Part shown: piece by piece, positions 11,049 to 23,129 of the stretch
Position numbering within the stretch: the stretch's first letter is position 1
How the letters are laid out: the number at the start of each line of letters is the position of its first letter
Source of the DNA: an uncultured virus (IMG/VR IMGVR_UViG_3300014969_000015)
Taxonomy: Duplodnaviria; Heunggongvirae; Uroviricota; Caudoviricetes
Length of the DNA: 64,000 nucleotides
Direction: 5' to 3' (one strand)
Virus record (IMG/VR): IMGVR_UViG_3300014969_000015
The notes under the pieces: generated by a model
What the model was told of the DNA's origin: nothing
The model's database searches: none
Seen by the model: only the letters and a program-made list of their open reading frames with translations
Made by a program: the position numbers and the translations under genes

Positions 11049-11567
11049 CTAACTCTTGGCGTTGTGTCGGCGCGCATACTCCTCGCGCTCCTCGACCATC
11101 CATCGCGGTTCGAGTACTACTTCGTAGTCCTCGTGCCCCCGCTTCTTATTCATCGCTCGATGCCGCCTTACTTCACGATCGGCTTTAGCCTTCGTCATCC
11201 ACGGTGACACATACAGCGGTGGCGACCCTGGCTTTCCAAAAACGACGACACGCGAGTCGGCGCTCACATTCCGGGCTAGACCACCGCCGAGCACGCTGCC
11301 GGGCTTCCTCGCCAAGATCTCATCGATCTCGCGCTTGATCTGCGCTTTGGACTTGGGCGGTTCGACAGGGGGCCTAATCTCCTCGCGGCCATCACTATCC
11401 TCGCCGACCTCGAACACGTAGACGCTTTCACCGCGCCCCGCGGCGAGCCTCGCGGCGGCGACGCGTGCCGCACCCTTGGTTGTTGCGCTCGGCTCGATCA
11501 ACGTGTTCCCGGCCTCGTCCTCGACGCCATACTCCTTGCGGCCACGTCGCAGCTTCCTTGCCAGCAT
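11049..11567 (-). CDS. hypothetical protein with internal shared helical tag (leaderless)
   Basis: PPKSKAQIKREIDEILARKPG; TGG-TACCAT-N7-ATG upstream. Confidence 0.65.
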   Translation of the reverse strand: MLARKLRRGRKEYGVEDEAGNTLIEPSATTKGAARVAAARLAAGRGESVYVFEVGEDSDGREEIRPPVEPPKSKAQIKREIDEILARKPGSVLGGGLARNVSADSRVVVFGKPGSPPLYVSPWMTKAKADREVRRHRAMNKKRGHEDYEVVLEPRWMVEEREEYARRHNAKS

Positions 11568-11625
11568 GCGCGGCATGGTACCATGGCACGAAACCACGTC
11601 GCCACCTTGGTTTCGTTACCTCGCT

Positions 11626-11830
11626 CTACTCGACGATCGTCTCCTCATCAAGGAAGTCCTCGGGCGGGTGGCCGCAGTGGGGGCAGACCCGGGCCGAGAG
11701 CCACTGGCCCGCGAGCAACTCATCCATGGCGATCCTGGCGAACCGCGCCACCCGCAGCGCGAGCGCCGGGGTGACGGCGCGCTTGCCGGTCGCGACCTTC
11801 TGGATCGAGTCCCACTGGGGGACGTGGAGT
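11626..11830 (-). pseudogene. 5'-truncated XRE-like HTH paralog
   Basis: reads LHVPQWDSIQKVATGKRAVTPALALRVARFARIAMDELLAG..VCPHCGHPPEDFLDEETIVE*, homologous to 62241-62588, with no start codon in frame ahead of the homologous region. Confidence 0.65.
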
Positions 11831-11914
11831 TCGGTGCTCCCTTTGTCTGCGATCCGCGCATGCGGACGACCATCCGAGGCGCCGAGACCGCGCGCAGATC
11901 CGGCACAAGCCTTC

Positions 11915-12553
11915 TTAGGTCACGAGCCAAATTCCATCGACGCTTGGACGGCTGCCATCGAAAATAAGGCAGACCCCTCCACCCGCCGGGATGACGTAGT
12001 TTGTCAATCCAGGGGCCAGGATGAGCCCTCCCGCCGTACCAGCGGCAGCCAAGTTTGCCAGGGTCAGTGTCTGTCCCAGGCTCATCCCCAGGTTATGAAT
12101 CCAGAGCACGCGCCCATCCGGGTTAGGACTGTTCACGATGATCGAATTGATCGTGGTGCCCGCCGTGTCAGGCACTATCTGCACGCGTGAAATAACGTTG
12201 ATTCCTGGGGCCCCGGTCGTGTTGAGCTCATCGTAGAGCGGATCGGCTGGATCCACGGTGATCGAGTTGTTCACCGTCAGCATGTTCTGCGCGAGCATGC
12301 CGCTGCCGGTCAGGAAAAGTTGCGACGTGAGGACCTGGAGATTGCCGTTGGAGGTGCTGAAAACAGCATTTCCCCCGCGAAGCAACAGGAAGGTCGTGGG
12401 ATCATTTTGCAGGAGGATTCCTTTGGAGAAATCATCCGTCGTGATCTCGATCTTGTTGAGATCCGCGTTCTGATCCAGGACGATCTTTGCCCCGGCGTCG
12501 GTCGTGTTGAGGGTGACGGAGTCGGATACGAGGTTCGATGCAGTGGAACTCAT
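11915..12553 (-). CDS. beta-rich virion/tail-fibre-like protein (leaderless)
   Basis: Thr/Asn/Gly/Leu-rich with few charged residues; C-terminal DGRVLWIHNLG..LTLAN...GVCLIFDG...W; TAGGAT-N6-ATG. Confidence 0.5.
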   Translation of the reverse strand: MSSTASNLVSDSVTLNTTDAGAKIVLDQNADLNKIEITTDDFSKGILLQNDPTTFLLLRGGNAVFSTSNGNLQVLTSQLFLTGSGMLAQNMLTVNNSITVDPADPLYDELNTTGAPGINVISRVQIVPDTAGTTINSIIVNSPNPDGRVLWIHNLGMSLGQTLTLANLAAAGTAGGLILAPGLTNYVIPAGGGVCLIFDGSRPSVDGIWLVT

Positions 12554-15500
12554 GCCGGTATCCTACTACGTAGGCCTTCATCCCACAAAAATCAGGGAGG
12601 CTGCGACCGATCTGCCATCAAGTTAGATAACGGACACGGGGCGTTACGTGGATGGGGCGTCTTGGGATAAGATCGATCCCGAATGACCAGACACGCGGGC
12701 GAAAAACGTAAGCGTAAGAAGCCGCCCCAGGAAGTGCTTCACGTGCGAGCGCGACCTCCGCGCAGCGCGCGGACGGGTCGCCCAGGCACGACCTCCGTGT
12801 GCCTCTGGACTAGCTTCAAAGCCTGAATCGATGAAGCCCGGACGCTTGAATCCTAATTCCTTATTCCTCGATCGCCCATTGACGGCCGAGGAGCGCGCTG
12901 CGCACGACGAGGACCCGCGCCCCGGCGTATGGGGTGGAACGCGCGACGCGGATCTGCGAAAGCTGTCGCAGGATGAAACGGACGCGCTCGTTCGGATCGA
13001 GCTGTGGCAGGAGGCGAGCCGCCGCGGAGATGACATCGGCGAGATAGAAGGCGCCCTGGGGAACCTGACGAGCGCGATCGGCCGCTGCCAGCGCGGCGGA
13101 ATCGACTCCGATCCGCTGGTCCGCTTACTTGCCTATCGTGCCTGGGGCGATCGAGATAGGCGCTGGTTCGAAGGGCGCGGCATACGTAAGGGAGATGCCG
13201 TAGATCGCATCGGGATGGACAAATCAGGGGCACTGATTGTGAGCACGTCTTGGGATCGCGCATTTGAGTGCGGCTACTCCCTGGAAGAGGGACATCCTGG
13301 CGCGCTGGTGATCTGTCGGATCGATATGGACCGTCCATCCGGCCCCCACCCTGGGCTCTATGGATCCGCGCGGCGCGGAGTCCTCGATATCCCCTGCCGT
13401 GTTAGTGATCGCCAACGCCTCCCAGGGTTCACGGCGAATGCATTGCAGCGGCTACGCTGGTATACGAGTTGATACCCGTGTTTTAGGCTGCCCGCCTCGT
13501 CGAGCTCTCCATCTCCCGCATCGTCACTTGATCTGAACGGTCGCCCTCGCAGGACACGGCCTGTCACAAATCACGGGAGTCTCGACGTTGCGCCGTTCTG
13601 CTCGTCGACAGCCACCGACTCCACGTGGAGAGTCATCTCGTCTCGAGCCGTGACCTTGGCCTTGTAGGCGTCGCGCCCGTCGAGCCACTTCAACTGGATC
13701 ACGTCACCGACCTTCACGTCAGGACTGCCGACATAGCCGCCGAACGTCTCCGGCGCTTCTTCGCCGGACGGATCGTGCTCGATGACGCGGTATCCGAATA
13801 CCAGCATCACGCGACTCCGGGCTGATCGCGCCTGAATATCGGCCAGCGCCTGCGCATGCCCTCATCACTCATGTGCCAGCCGCGGTCGGTCAGGTAGTCG
13901 AGCGTCGTAGCGTAAACCGCCCGCGACGTGTCGACGTCGACGCGCTCTCCGGGGCAATGCGTGGTGAGTCCACCCTCATACCCGCCGCACCGCGAACACA
14001 CGGAGAGCGTACAGTGCCAGCAGGAGCAGCACGTAGACACCTTTCCGCCCTTGAGGCAGTCAGTGACCTGGACGTGGCGCGAGTCGGCACCTGGACGCGC
14101 GTTGGGGTTCGCGAGCCGTGCCGCGATCGCTTGTTTGATGTCTTCGGCTTCGCGCTTGGCGAGCCACAACTGCGGTGTTGGAGCATCGATTTCTTCGGTC
14201 ATCGTTTCAGCCTCTTTTCATTGAGTCTTCGCACATTTTTGGCGGCAGGTCCCACATTTCACGTGCCTTGGCCTCGACAGCGTTGCACAAGTCTTTCGCC
14301 GCCTGTTCGGCGTCGTGGATCTGCGCGCCAATCTCGCGAAATCGATCAGCGAACTGCTCATCCACGACCTTGCGCGCGGCGACCATCACCATAGCGTCTA
14401 ACTGGCGCTGTACCTCGTCGGTAAAGTCTTGGAAATCCATTTCGACACCGTTAACGCATACCTTGACCTCATAGATATGCTCCAGTCCGGGCTGTACCTT
14501 GAAGGTCTCCATAACCTTCTCGAACAACTGGCCGCGCTTGGCACGCGAACCGCTGAGCAGTGTCACAAGGAACAAGTGATCAACAGCCTGGCGCGGGTTA
14601 AGCTTTGCAGTCATTTTCCATTCCTTTTCCGAATCGTCCTTGTGACAGGATCCTTACCGTTAATTCAGCCACTTCGTCTGCGGTCGCGCCATGCGCGCAA
14701 TACCGTTGTTTTCGGCTTCGGTGTCACCAGCCGATAACACGTACCGCTGCACTATGTTTTTGGATTGATGATGAAGCCCCGACTTTGAAGCGCTCCAATG
14801 AGCGCTATCCGTTGCCGATAGGCCTCAGAAGCTCGAAAGTCCTCCATATTCCATTCTCCATCCGCGTTCCAGGCCGCGCACAGCTCTTCATAAGCCTCGC
14901 GCCCCTGAGCTGGTGTGAGATCCGTCGTGCCAATAATCCATGTGAAGCTTTTGTCTTGGGCACGGAGAACCAAACTGACGACTGCCTTATCAACCTCGAT
15001 TAGCTCACCGTTTAGGATGATTCCTTCTGCGTTGTGGATGCCGAAAAACAAGTCTTCCGGCAGAAATCCCAAGCGTCGCATGACCTCTCTGGCGAACGCC
15101 CATTCCAGCAGAATCGGATCCATCGGCACCCCCAATTTAGACATCCGCGATCTCCTGCCCATCGTTCGTTTCTTCGCCACGCCGTTCGAAACGGGCATTG
15201 TAAGCACGGGCCGCTTTCATTGTTGCGCTCTTGGCTGCGGTGTTCTCCGCGCGTTTGCGAACTTGCAGGCGAGGTCGCTGTTTCTTACGGTCCGGCCGTT
15301 GACCTCGCATCCCGGCTTGTAGGGCATCAGTCGCAGCCGCCGCATGGACATCCGCGCACTGAACGACCCAAGCCTCAAGAGTAAGACCGCATGCCCGAGC
15401 ACATGCACCAAAGTCATGGCGCTGCTGAACGGAGAGCTTGATCAAGAGCGCTTCAGAAGTCATTGCCGTGTGCTTAGTGGTCATCCATGTCCTTTCCCAA

Positions 15501-16679
15501 CGTTTCAGCGCTCCATGTGCGCTAGGCTATCAGCCGCGTCGACGCGGTCGAGGAGCTTTTGCAGATCTTGTTTGATGCGATCTTGACGGCACTGTACCTG
15601 GAGCAACGGCGGGTCGAGGCTGTCGTCGTACGGTCGATCCAGGATCGCCTCAATGCCCAGACGAAGAGCTTGGGCCTCGCCCCCATGGACCGCCCCCGCA
15701 TGTACTGGACAGCCGTGCTCAAGGGCTAGCTGGCGTACCGACAGCCTCCCAATTTCGGTGCACGCCTCGATGTGCTGCTCGTGAGACAGCGGCAGCTCAA
15801 GCTGCCCCGCTGACAGCTGGCCGACCAGTCCGTAAAGTACGTGGCTCGCCGCGATTTCGACAGCCTCGGCAACGCTGTCATGTCCAGGTCCCGGAACAAC
15901 AACCCGCGCAAGTGGTCGCATCGTGGAGCCTTCGCTGCTTGGAACCTCGTCCTCGTCGGGTTCTTGATCAGCGTCAATCACGAGGGCGAATTTGTCGGTG
16001 CACCCCGCATCAACCACAGCCGACTGCAGCCCACCCACGTGAATATCCTCGTCGTCATCGCCGTTCGGCACTCCGACCCGGACAACGACCTGCTGATCGA
16101 GAGCTTCATGATCTGGGTTTTCAACCGCAAACTGCTGCAGCGCTTCAAGAAGTCTGCGGAACGTCATCGAATCCAGCCGAAGACAATGCCCGTCCCCCAT
16201 GCCGTGACGAGTAGCATTCCCATAAAGAGCCACCGCCCCAGCGAGTCTCCGATAACAGCGCCGACCTCAGGAGCACTTTTATCTACACCTTTACTATTCT
16301 TCGTATGGAACACTCCGAGAATCACCAGATCCGCGATGGACAAGACCCCAAACCACACTCCAATTGAGGGACCCGCTCCATACTGCATTGAACAAAACCA
16401 CGACCAGAGCTTGCTGGCAGACCACGCTTCAAGGAAGGAGCCTATTGGGATGGCAAGGGCCGTCCACACCAAGATGCCAACAGCATTAGCAGAAATACTC
16501 TTGTATGCGCGCATCTTAAACCTTTCGTCGATAATGCCTAGCTTAACGCTTGTTTGCTCGTATCTTTCCCAGCGCTACGCAGTGCTCGACCTCCTTCAGC
16601 AGAGCCCTGTGCAAATGCTTACAGCCGGATGCGCAGAGTGACGGCATCCGGTTGCTCTACGCAACTGCAGCTGCCTCCC

Positions 16680-16755
<76 letters not shown>

Positions 16756-16793
16756 TTGACTACTTTCCTTTGACATGTTCCCCATCTCATAAG

Positions 16794-16865
16794 TGAACCC
16801 CACAGGGATCGAACCTGCGACATGCACGATGTAAGCGTGCCGCTCTACCGCTGAGCTAGGGGTCC
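16794..16865 (-). tRNA. tRNA-Val(TAC), CCA not encoded
   Basis: GGACCCC TA GCTC AGCGGTA GAGC G GCACG CT-TAC-AT CGTGC ATGTC GCAGG TTCGATC CCTGT GGGGTTC A folds into a cloverleaf. Confidence 0.9.
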
Positions 16866-17044
16866 GTAACTTCTCCAGTTCCGCTGCACGTCTCGCATTC
16901 GTCTTCGGATTCGACCGGGCTCGACTCTGGACAGTCGCAGTTGTCAGGATGCTCATGACATGTCGAGCAAGTCTCACGCTCGTCTCGACCGGTTCCGTGG
17001 CAATCGGAGCATTCCTTCACATGCTTTGCTTTGTTCTTTGTCAT
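16856..17044 (-). CDS. small Cys-rich DnaJ-type zinc-finger protein
   Basis: CSDCHGTG...CSTC...CDC...CETCSGTG. Confidence 0.6.
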   Translation of the reverse strand: MTKNKAKHVKECSDCHGTGRDERETCSTCHEHPDNCDCPESSPVESEDECETCSGTGEVTDP

Positions 17045-17067
17045 ATTCTCAACCTAGCAAGCGCAGC

Positions 17068-17367
17068 TTACAGCCGTGGAGGCATCGCCTCCATGACCTC
17101 CCTGTTGCCGCCGACCCAAACCGGACCCCTCGCCAGGGGACCCTGCCCGGTGAACTGCACCCAACCGAATTTGAGGGCCTTCCACGTCAGCTCGACATCC
17201 GTCGAGCAGTTCATCTTCTTGATCAAATTTGCTCGATGTCGATCGTACGCCTTCATTTCGAGGTTAAGCGCTTGGCACGTATGATCATTCTTGTTGCCCA
17301 GCACAATCCCCATGAGAATACCGCGCTCCATCGGAGAGATTTTGTCCCACATGTTTTCCTTTTCCAC
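17068..17367 (-). CDS. stand-alone LuxR-type HTH regulator
   Basis: ISPMERGIL..IVLG..N.....LNL..KAYDRHRANLIKKMN..TDVEL...ALKFG. Confidence 0.7.
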   Translation of the reverse strand: MEKENMWDKISPMERGILMGIVLGNKNDHTCQALNLEMKAYDRHRANLIKKMNCSTDVELTWKALKFGWVQFTGQGPLARGPVWVGGNREVMEAMPPRL

Positions 17368-17370
17368 TGT

Positions 17371-18141
17371 TTATAAGACCTCCCAGCCCGCTGCGATCTG
17401 ATTTTTCCACCATGTGCGGGCCGTCGCCGTCGGTCCGCTGAGCTTGGACTGTCCGTCAACCATCACCAGTGCATATCCGCCGATCTGACCGCCCCGATCG
17501 CCGCTGAGTACCATGGCACGCTGGCCAGACGGTCCCGTGAGACGGCACTCCTTCCACATACCGGTGCCGAAGATCTGATCTGCCAGCGCGCGCTCCTTTC
17601 GCTCGTGGTAGTCGATCTTGCTGCTTGCTTGCAAGAGCAGGTGAACCGTGTCGGCGCCGAAGCCACGGGGCGCTCCCAGCGCCTCGCCAACGCACGCGTG
17701 CAGCTCGGTGTACCAGAGCGCGTCCCACGTCTCCTCCGCCTCTGGCGACCACGGAATGTAGCCGAAGGATAGCGCGCTTTCCGCTTCGTCAGGGCGAAGA
17801 TCGCACGTCACAACACGCGCGCCACGGTGACCCAGGTCGTACTCACGCCGACCAGCGCGAAGCGCCTCCGCCATGGTGCCCCGGCTGTGTACAACGCGAC
17901 CACCCCAGTAGTGCTCGCAAATACAGTAGTCGCGGTAGTCGTTGTAGGTCACCGTGACCGAATGACCGTTGTAGCTCGCATCCGCCGCGAGCATTGCGTA
18001 GCGAACGCTGCCCGTCGCGGCGGCAGCCCGGTTGACCGCGTCAACGAGCGTGTACGGACGCGTGGGCAGCCAATAGCGACCGGCGGTGGCGGCGGCAACG
18101 CGGTTTTGGCGACGGTTCGGGGTGTCGGTGCTTTGCTGCAT
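17371..18141 (-). CDS. hypothetical protein
   Basis: long ORF (start uncertain) downstream of two GGGTA-N6-TACCY sites. Confidence 0.55.
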   Translation of the reverse strand: MQQSTDTPNRRQNRVAAATAGRYWLPTRPYTLVDAVNRAAAATGSVRYAMLAADASYNGHSVTVTYNDYRDYCICEHYWGGRVVHSRGTMAEALRAGRREYDLGHRGARVVTCDLRPDEAESALSFGYIPWSPEAEETWDALWYTELHACVGEALGAPRGFGADTVHLLLQASSKIDYHERKERALADQIFGTGMWKECRLTGPSGQRAMVLSGDRGGQIGGYALVMVDGQSKLSGPTATARTWWKNQIAAGWEVL

Positions 18142-18205
18142 GTCGATGGATATTGCAGCGTGTATGCCGAAGGATAACGGTCGTAAGATCGCGATCATAG
18201 TACCT

Positions 18206-18295
18206 GGGTAGATCCGTACCTGTGCTTTCAACTTCACAGCATCGGCGGGCGGTCACTTTGAGTGGTGCCTGCCATATCCGGGTAATTTAGTACCC
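18206..18295. promoter_or_regulatory. two GGGTA-N6-TACCY sites (18206-18221, 18280-18295)
   Basis: gggta-gatccg-tacct and gggta-atttag-taccc. Confidence 0.6.
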
Positions 18296-19416
18296 ATGTC
18301 GAGACATGGCGTGATAGTCTCAGCGGAGATTAATCAGCTGTCTCGCAGCGCTGATCATTCAGGCAAGCCTCCCATGGCCTTGATTAAAAGCGCCGTTTTT
18401 AACCAAGCCGGATCGTGCGGATTTTTAAGCAGCCACTGCATGGCAGCAGCCCAAACGACATTGACCAGGAGGACTTCCAGGCTCACGCTCCATACTCCAC
18501 GGCCGAACCCGGCAGCTTCATACACAGCGCGCGCTGCCGATCCAGAGCCCCCCGCGTGTCCTGCAACCACGCATGTATGGCAAAAACCAAGTCAGAATCG
18601 TCGGTATGGTGACGAGACGAGACAAGATTCAAGTCCGAAAAGGTCACAGGATGGTTGCTCGGACATTCACCATCGAAGGACGTGTTGTAAAGCGCGTTGA
18701 TAACGCCTCGATCGCCACACTCGCGACACCTGTAATCGTAGTGGTGCTTGGCCGTTTCCTTGAGCAGTCTTGCCCACACGATCGGAATCGACACAGAAAG
18801 CTTCACCTCGTACTCGAACCCATACTGCATCGGCACGACAACAGTCACGATCACAACCCCAACAGCGCCCGGAAACGCTCCTGCATTAGTGCCTCCCCCT
18901 GTTGCACCCCGGCATCGAATGCCTCTCCAACCAGCGCCCCGATGTGCGAAAACGTAATCGCGGGGGCTGCACAGCGAAGCACTGCCGCTTGCAGATCAGT
19001 AAACGCTTGATGCCTCGCGGGCTGCTGCTCCACCGCGAAATTTGCTTTGTCTGCTTTCTTGTTAGCTTCCTGCAGCGCTTTCAGCTCTGCACGCACCGCA
19101 TCCGCACGTACGCGGATGTTAAGACCTGCCAAGAACAACTCAACAATCTCGATGCGATGATCATCTGGAGATGCAGGCCCTACGCAATAAAACCCGTGCA
19201 TGACGTATCCGCCGCGCCATGGATAGTGAAACTCAGGGGTCTCATAAATCTTGACGCTGCTGCCGCCACCGCATGCGCCACTTACGTTAAGCGTTTGATT
19301 GGACATGAACTCCAGGACCAAGCAACAAATGTACCGGTTGCAAGAGGCCGTTTACAAATGAGGGGTCGTGCAGTACCCCGTGTCCAGCGGTCATCAACCC
19401 GTGGAATATGAGACAC

Positions 19417-19432
19417 GGGTAGTAGGCCACCC
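19417..19432. promoter_or_regulatory. GGGTA-N6-(T/C)ACCC site at the distal end of the CRISPR array
   Basis: gacac-gggta-gtaggc-caccc. Confidence 0.55.
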
Positions 19433-19751
19433 AGACACGTTTCACGGCGACCATCCGTCCCGGACGGGCAGCCGCCGCGGGCAAGCTCAATTCACGCGTG
19501 ACCAATTCACGCTTGATTAATCCACATATGATCAATCCACACGTGATCGCCACAGGATCAGTCCCGAGCATCAACCGCGCGGGCAAGCGCTACTCCACCA
19601 TCAACACCGGTCCCGAGCACCCACCGCTCGGGCAAGCTCTAACATGACATGCGATCTCGAATAGTCCCGTCCCGAATGACAACTACTCGGGCAAGCTCAA
19701 AGGCTGCACCCTTCGCCACGGCTGATCCGTCCCAGACGTCAATCGCCAGAG

Positions 19752-20044
19752 CAACCTCTAGACAAATTCTGCCAATCGGCGGCGCAGCACTGCTGTCCCG
19801 CGCGTCAACCGCGCGGGTAGGATCCACTGGCCTTCGGTCCCAAGCGTCAACCTCTAGACAAATTCCGCCAATCGGCGGCGCAGCACTGCTGTCCCACGCG
19901 TCAACCGCGCGGGCAGGATCCACTGGCCTTCGGTCCCAAGCGTCAACCTCTAGACAAATTCCGCCAATCGGCGGCGCAGCACTGCTGTCCCGCGCGTCAA
20001 CCGCGCGGGTAGGATCCACTGGCCTTCGGTCCCAAGCGTCAACC
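19752..20044. repeat. 96-bp tandem triplication of a repeat-spacer unit inside the array
   Basis: near-identical units start at 19752, 19848 and 19944. Confidence 0.9.
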
Positions 20045-21746
20045 GCTCAGGCAAGTTTTACCAAGGCTCTTGCGAAAATGTAAACGTAAGCCGCATGTCT
20101 TTGTCCCAAGCGTCAACCGCTCAGGCAGGCCCCATTCTTGCGCGATCCAGGTGGACATGTCCAGAGCGTCAACCGCTCGGGCAGGCCATTAATTGCCGCA
20201 GTCCTGCCCCGCACGTCAACCGCGCGAGCAGACCCAATGGGCGGCACCGCACGTCAATCGCGCGAGCATTTCGCAGGTCCCGCGCATCAACCGCGCGGGC
20301 AAGCTTTTACATTCTGCCCCGCACATCAGCTGTGCAAGCAAGTCCACTCTCACAGCGACGGTCGATACCGCCCCTCTAACAGCAACGGCCGGTACCGCAT
20401 GTCCCGCGCATCAACCAAGCGGGCAAGCTCTTCCATTCTGCCCCACACATCAGCCGTGCAAGCAAGTCCCATCTCACAGCAACGGCCTCTACCGCGTGTC
20501 CCGCGCATCAACCAAGCGGGCAAGTTCCATTTTGAGGAAGCTTGCTACCACATGCCGGACCTCAGTCCCGAGCGTTAACCGCGCGGGCAAGCTCTATCAG
20601 GCAAACAAGTAGCAGCCAATGTCCCAAGTGTCAGCCGCTTAGGCAAGCTTTATCGCATCCCCACGCTGGCACTCCCGACAATTGCGTTTCTATTTCCGGA
20701 CGGAAGAGCTCTAGGAGCAAGGCATTGTTCCCCTGTCCCATGCATCAACTACACGGGCAAGCTTTATCTTATCCGCATTGCTCAGATTGCTATAGCTGTC
20801 CCACCACGACACGATGGTAGGCGCGCACGCATGTGTCCCGAACGTCAACCGCTCAGGCAGACTTTATCATAACGATTCACCGTCATGCGTTGCGCGGCAG
20901 TTGGAGTCCTGAGCGTCGACCGTTCAGGCAAGCTCTGCTACGATGATCCACATTATCGACACACACCTGCGTGGAATAACCTCGGGCAGATCGTCCTGAT
21001 CGTCAGCCACTCAGGCAAACTCTAGCCATGCACCTAGCAGCTAGGCCAGTGGTCGCGGACTCGGTGCGTCCCGAGCGGCAGCCGCTCAGGCAGGCTCTAT
21101 CCTAGAAGGTTTACCGCGCGGACGATGACGGTCTCCCTCGTCCCGAGCGTCAACCGCGCGGGCAGTCTCTATCACAGTAAGGATCGTCACGTCCTGGTCC
21201 CGAGCGTCAACCACTCAGGTAAGTTCTAGCGCTCCAACAAATGCCTAATAGCATTGACGGCAAATGTGCTTGTTCACGGCGCCGTTCGCTGTCCCGAACG
21301 TCAACCACTCAGGCAAGCTCTATCACCGAGCTATCATCGGTCATTGACACCCTCTTCGACTCGCGCCGTGTGTTGGTCTTGAGCGTTAATCGCTTAAGCA
21401 AACGCTAGCCGCACATCTCGTTTCGACCCGTCAGCACGACAACTACGCGCTATCAGCCCCCGCAGAGGAGCAAGCAGTGTCCCGAGCGCCAACCGCTCAG
21501 GCAAGCTCCGCCAAAGTAGTCCTGAACGTCAATCGCTCAGGCAGACTCTAAACACAGCGCTGATCCCATCACGATCCGCGTTGTCTCAACCGCCCAAGTA
21601 GTCCTGAACATCAACCGCTCAGGCAAACCGTGTCGCGCAGTGATGCCTCAAAATGTCCCCCAGCACGCTCAAGTCCCGAGCGCCAACCGCTCAGGCAAGT
21701 TCTATCACTCCAAGCTTTGAAGAAAGCGCCATCGCGACCGCATGGC

Positions 21747-21975
21747 GTCCTGAGCGTCAACCGCTCAGGCAAACGCTATTCCAAGCCTATTCGCGACCGC
21801 TCAGACAAGCGTGGTGGCCGCTCAAGTCACTTGATCTGCTGCTAGTCCTGAACGTCAGCCGCTCAGGCAAGCGCTATTCCAAGCCTATTCGCGACCGCTC
21901 AGACAAGCGTGGTGGCCGCTCAAGTCACTTGATCTGCTAGTCCTGAACGTCAGCCGCTCAGGCAAGCGCTATTCC
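21747..21975. repeat. ~98-bp duplicated repeat-spacer unit inside the array
   Basis: aagcctattcgcgaccgctcagacaagcgtggtggccgctcaagtcacttgatctgct follows the repeats at both 21747 and 21845. Confidence 0.9.
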
Positions 21976-23129
21976 ATTGATATTCCACGTGGAACCATCA
22001 GTGGCTGGCGAGTCCTGTGCGTCAACCGCTCAGGCAAGCTTTATCACGTTGTCGATCTGGGTAACTCGAAGGTTGTTTCCTGCACGGTAGCCGCTTAGGC
22101 AATCGCTATCATTCAATGCACAGACCTCTGTCGCTTAGGTAAGCTCTATCACCAGCGAGGACCGATCTTGTCCTGAACGTCAACCGTTTAGGCAGGCACC
22201 ATCACTCGATTGCTCCATCACCGACGATTCCGTTCGTCCTGAACGTCAACCGCTCAGGCAAGCGCTATCATGAAGAAACGTACCGAGTCAGCGGCGTCGT
22301 CCTGAACGGCAGCCGCTCAGGCAAGCTCTATATCGCGCGTCGCGTCTTTGAACATCAACCGCTCTATCACGAGTCAACGTGCAGGTCTCGTCCGTCCTAA
22401 GCGTCAGCCGCTCAGGCAAGCGCTATCCACGCGGAAACGTGTCGAGACAGCGCCCGGCGCGCGTTCGTCCTGTCCTGAACGTCAGCCGCTCAGGCAAACT
22501 CCATCCCCGCACCTCAACCGCTCAGGCAAACTCCATCACCGCGACGACTTGACCTGGTCCTGAACGTCAGCCGCTCAGGCATGCTCTGTTGTTTCCGGTC
22601 CTACATGTCCTGAACGTTAACCGCTCAGGCAAGCGCTATCATGCGTAGCTTGCGCTCGGCGAGGTCCGAGGCATCGTCGTCCTGAACGTCAGCCGCGCAG
22701 GCATGCTCTATCGCCGCCGCGCCACAGGGGCCGACATGGCCTGTTGTTGTCCTGAACGTCAGCCGCTCAGGCATGCGCTATCACCCCAGGTTCCAGGTAG
22801 CGGTACCTTTCACCTTGCGAGCCCCAAGCGTCAACCGCTCAGGCAGGCGCTATCACAGGCATTCATGCTCGTGCAGTCCCAAGCGTCAACCGCTCAGGCA
22901 GGCGCTATCACCATCCAAATGCCCAGGAGCGCGGCGGGGGTGGCGACGTCAGGCGCTATCACGAGAAGGCCGCACGGGGCGCGTGCCGCGTCCTGAATGT
23001 CTCAGGCAAGCTCTTTATCGCTCACCGCCAGCCCTTGCCCTGTTGCTTGTCCCAAGCGACAACCGCTCACAGTCAATAGCTATTCAATTGTCATCCCGCG
23101 ATCTTACTACCTCGATCGCGAGCACTGCC

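Larger units (their letters stand above)
19457..23085 (-). CRISPR. long degenerate type V CRISPR array; minus-strand consensus repeat ~GTGATAG(A/C)GCTTGCCTGAGCGG(T/C)TGACGTTCAGGAC (36 nt)
   Basis: + strand gtcc(t/c)ga(a/g)cgtca(a/g)ccgctcaggcaagc(g/t)ctatc recurs about 45-55 times, e.g. at 20835, 20906, 21601, 21673, 21747, 21940, 22012, 22236, 22607, 22679, 22749, 22821. The best-preserved periods are 70-74 nt with unique spacers. There is a 3' hairpin, and the array abuts the effector stop codon. Confidence 0.9.

Noticed and set aside
16794..16865. tRNA as a prophage attachment site
   Set aside because: No integrase or duplicated tRNA 3' end was seen, and gene style is the same on both sides
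19457..23085. Self-targeting spacers within this window
   Set aside because: I saw no convincing match by eye; an exhaustive search could not be run, so this is neither claimed nor excluded
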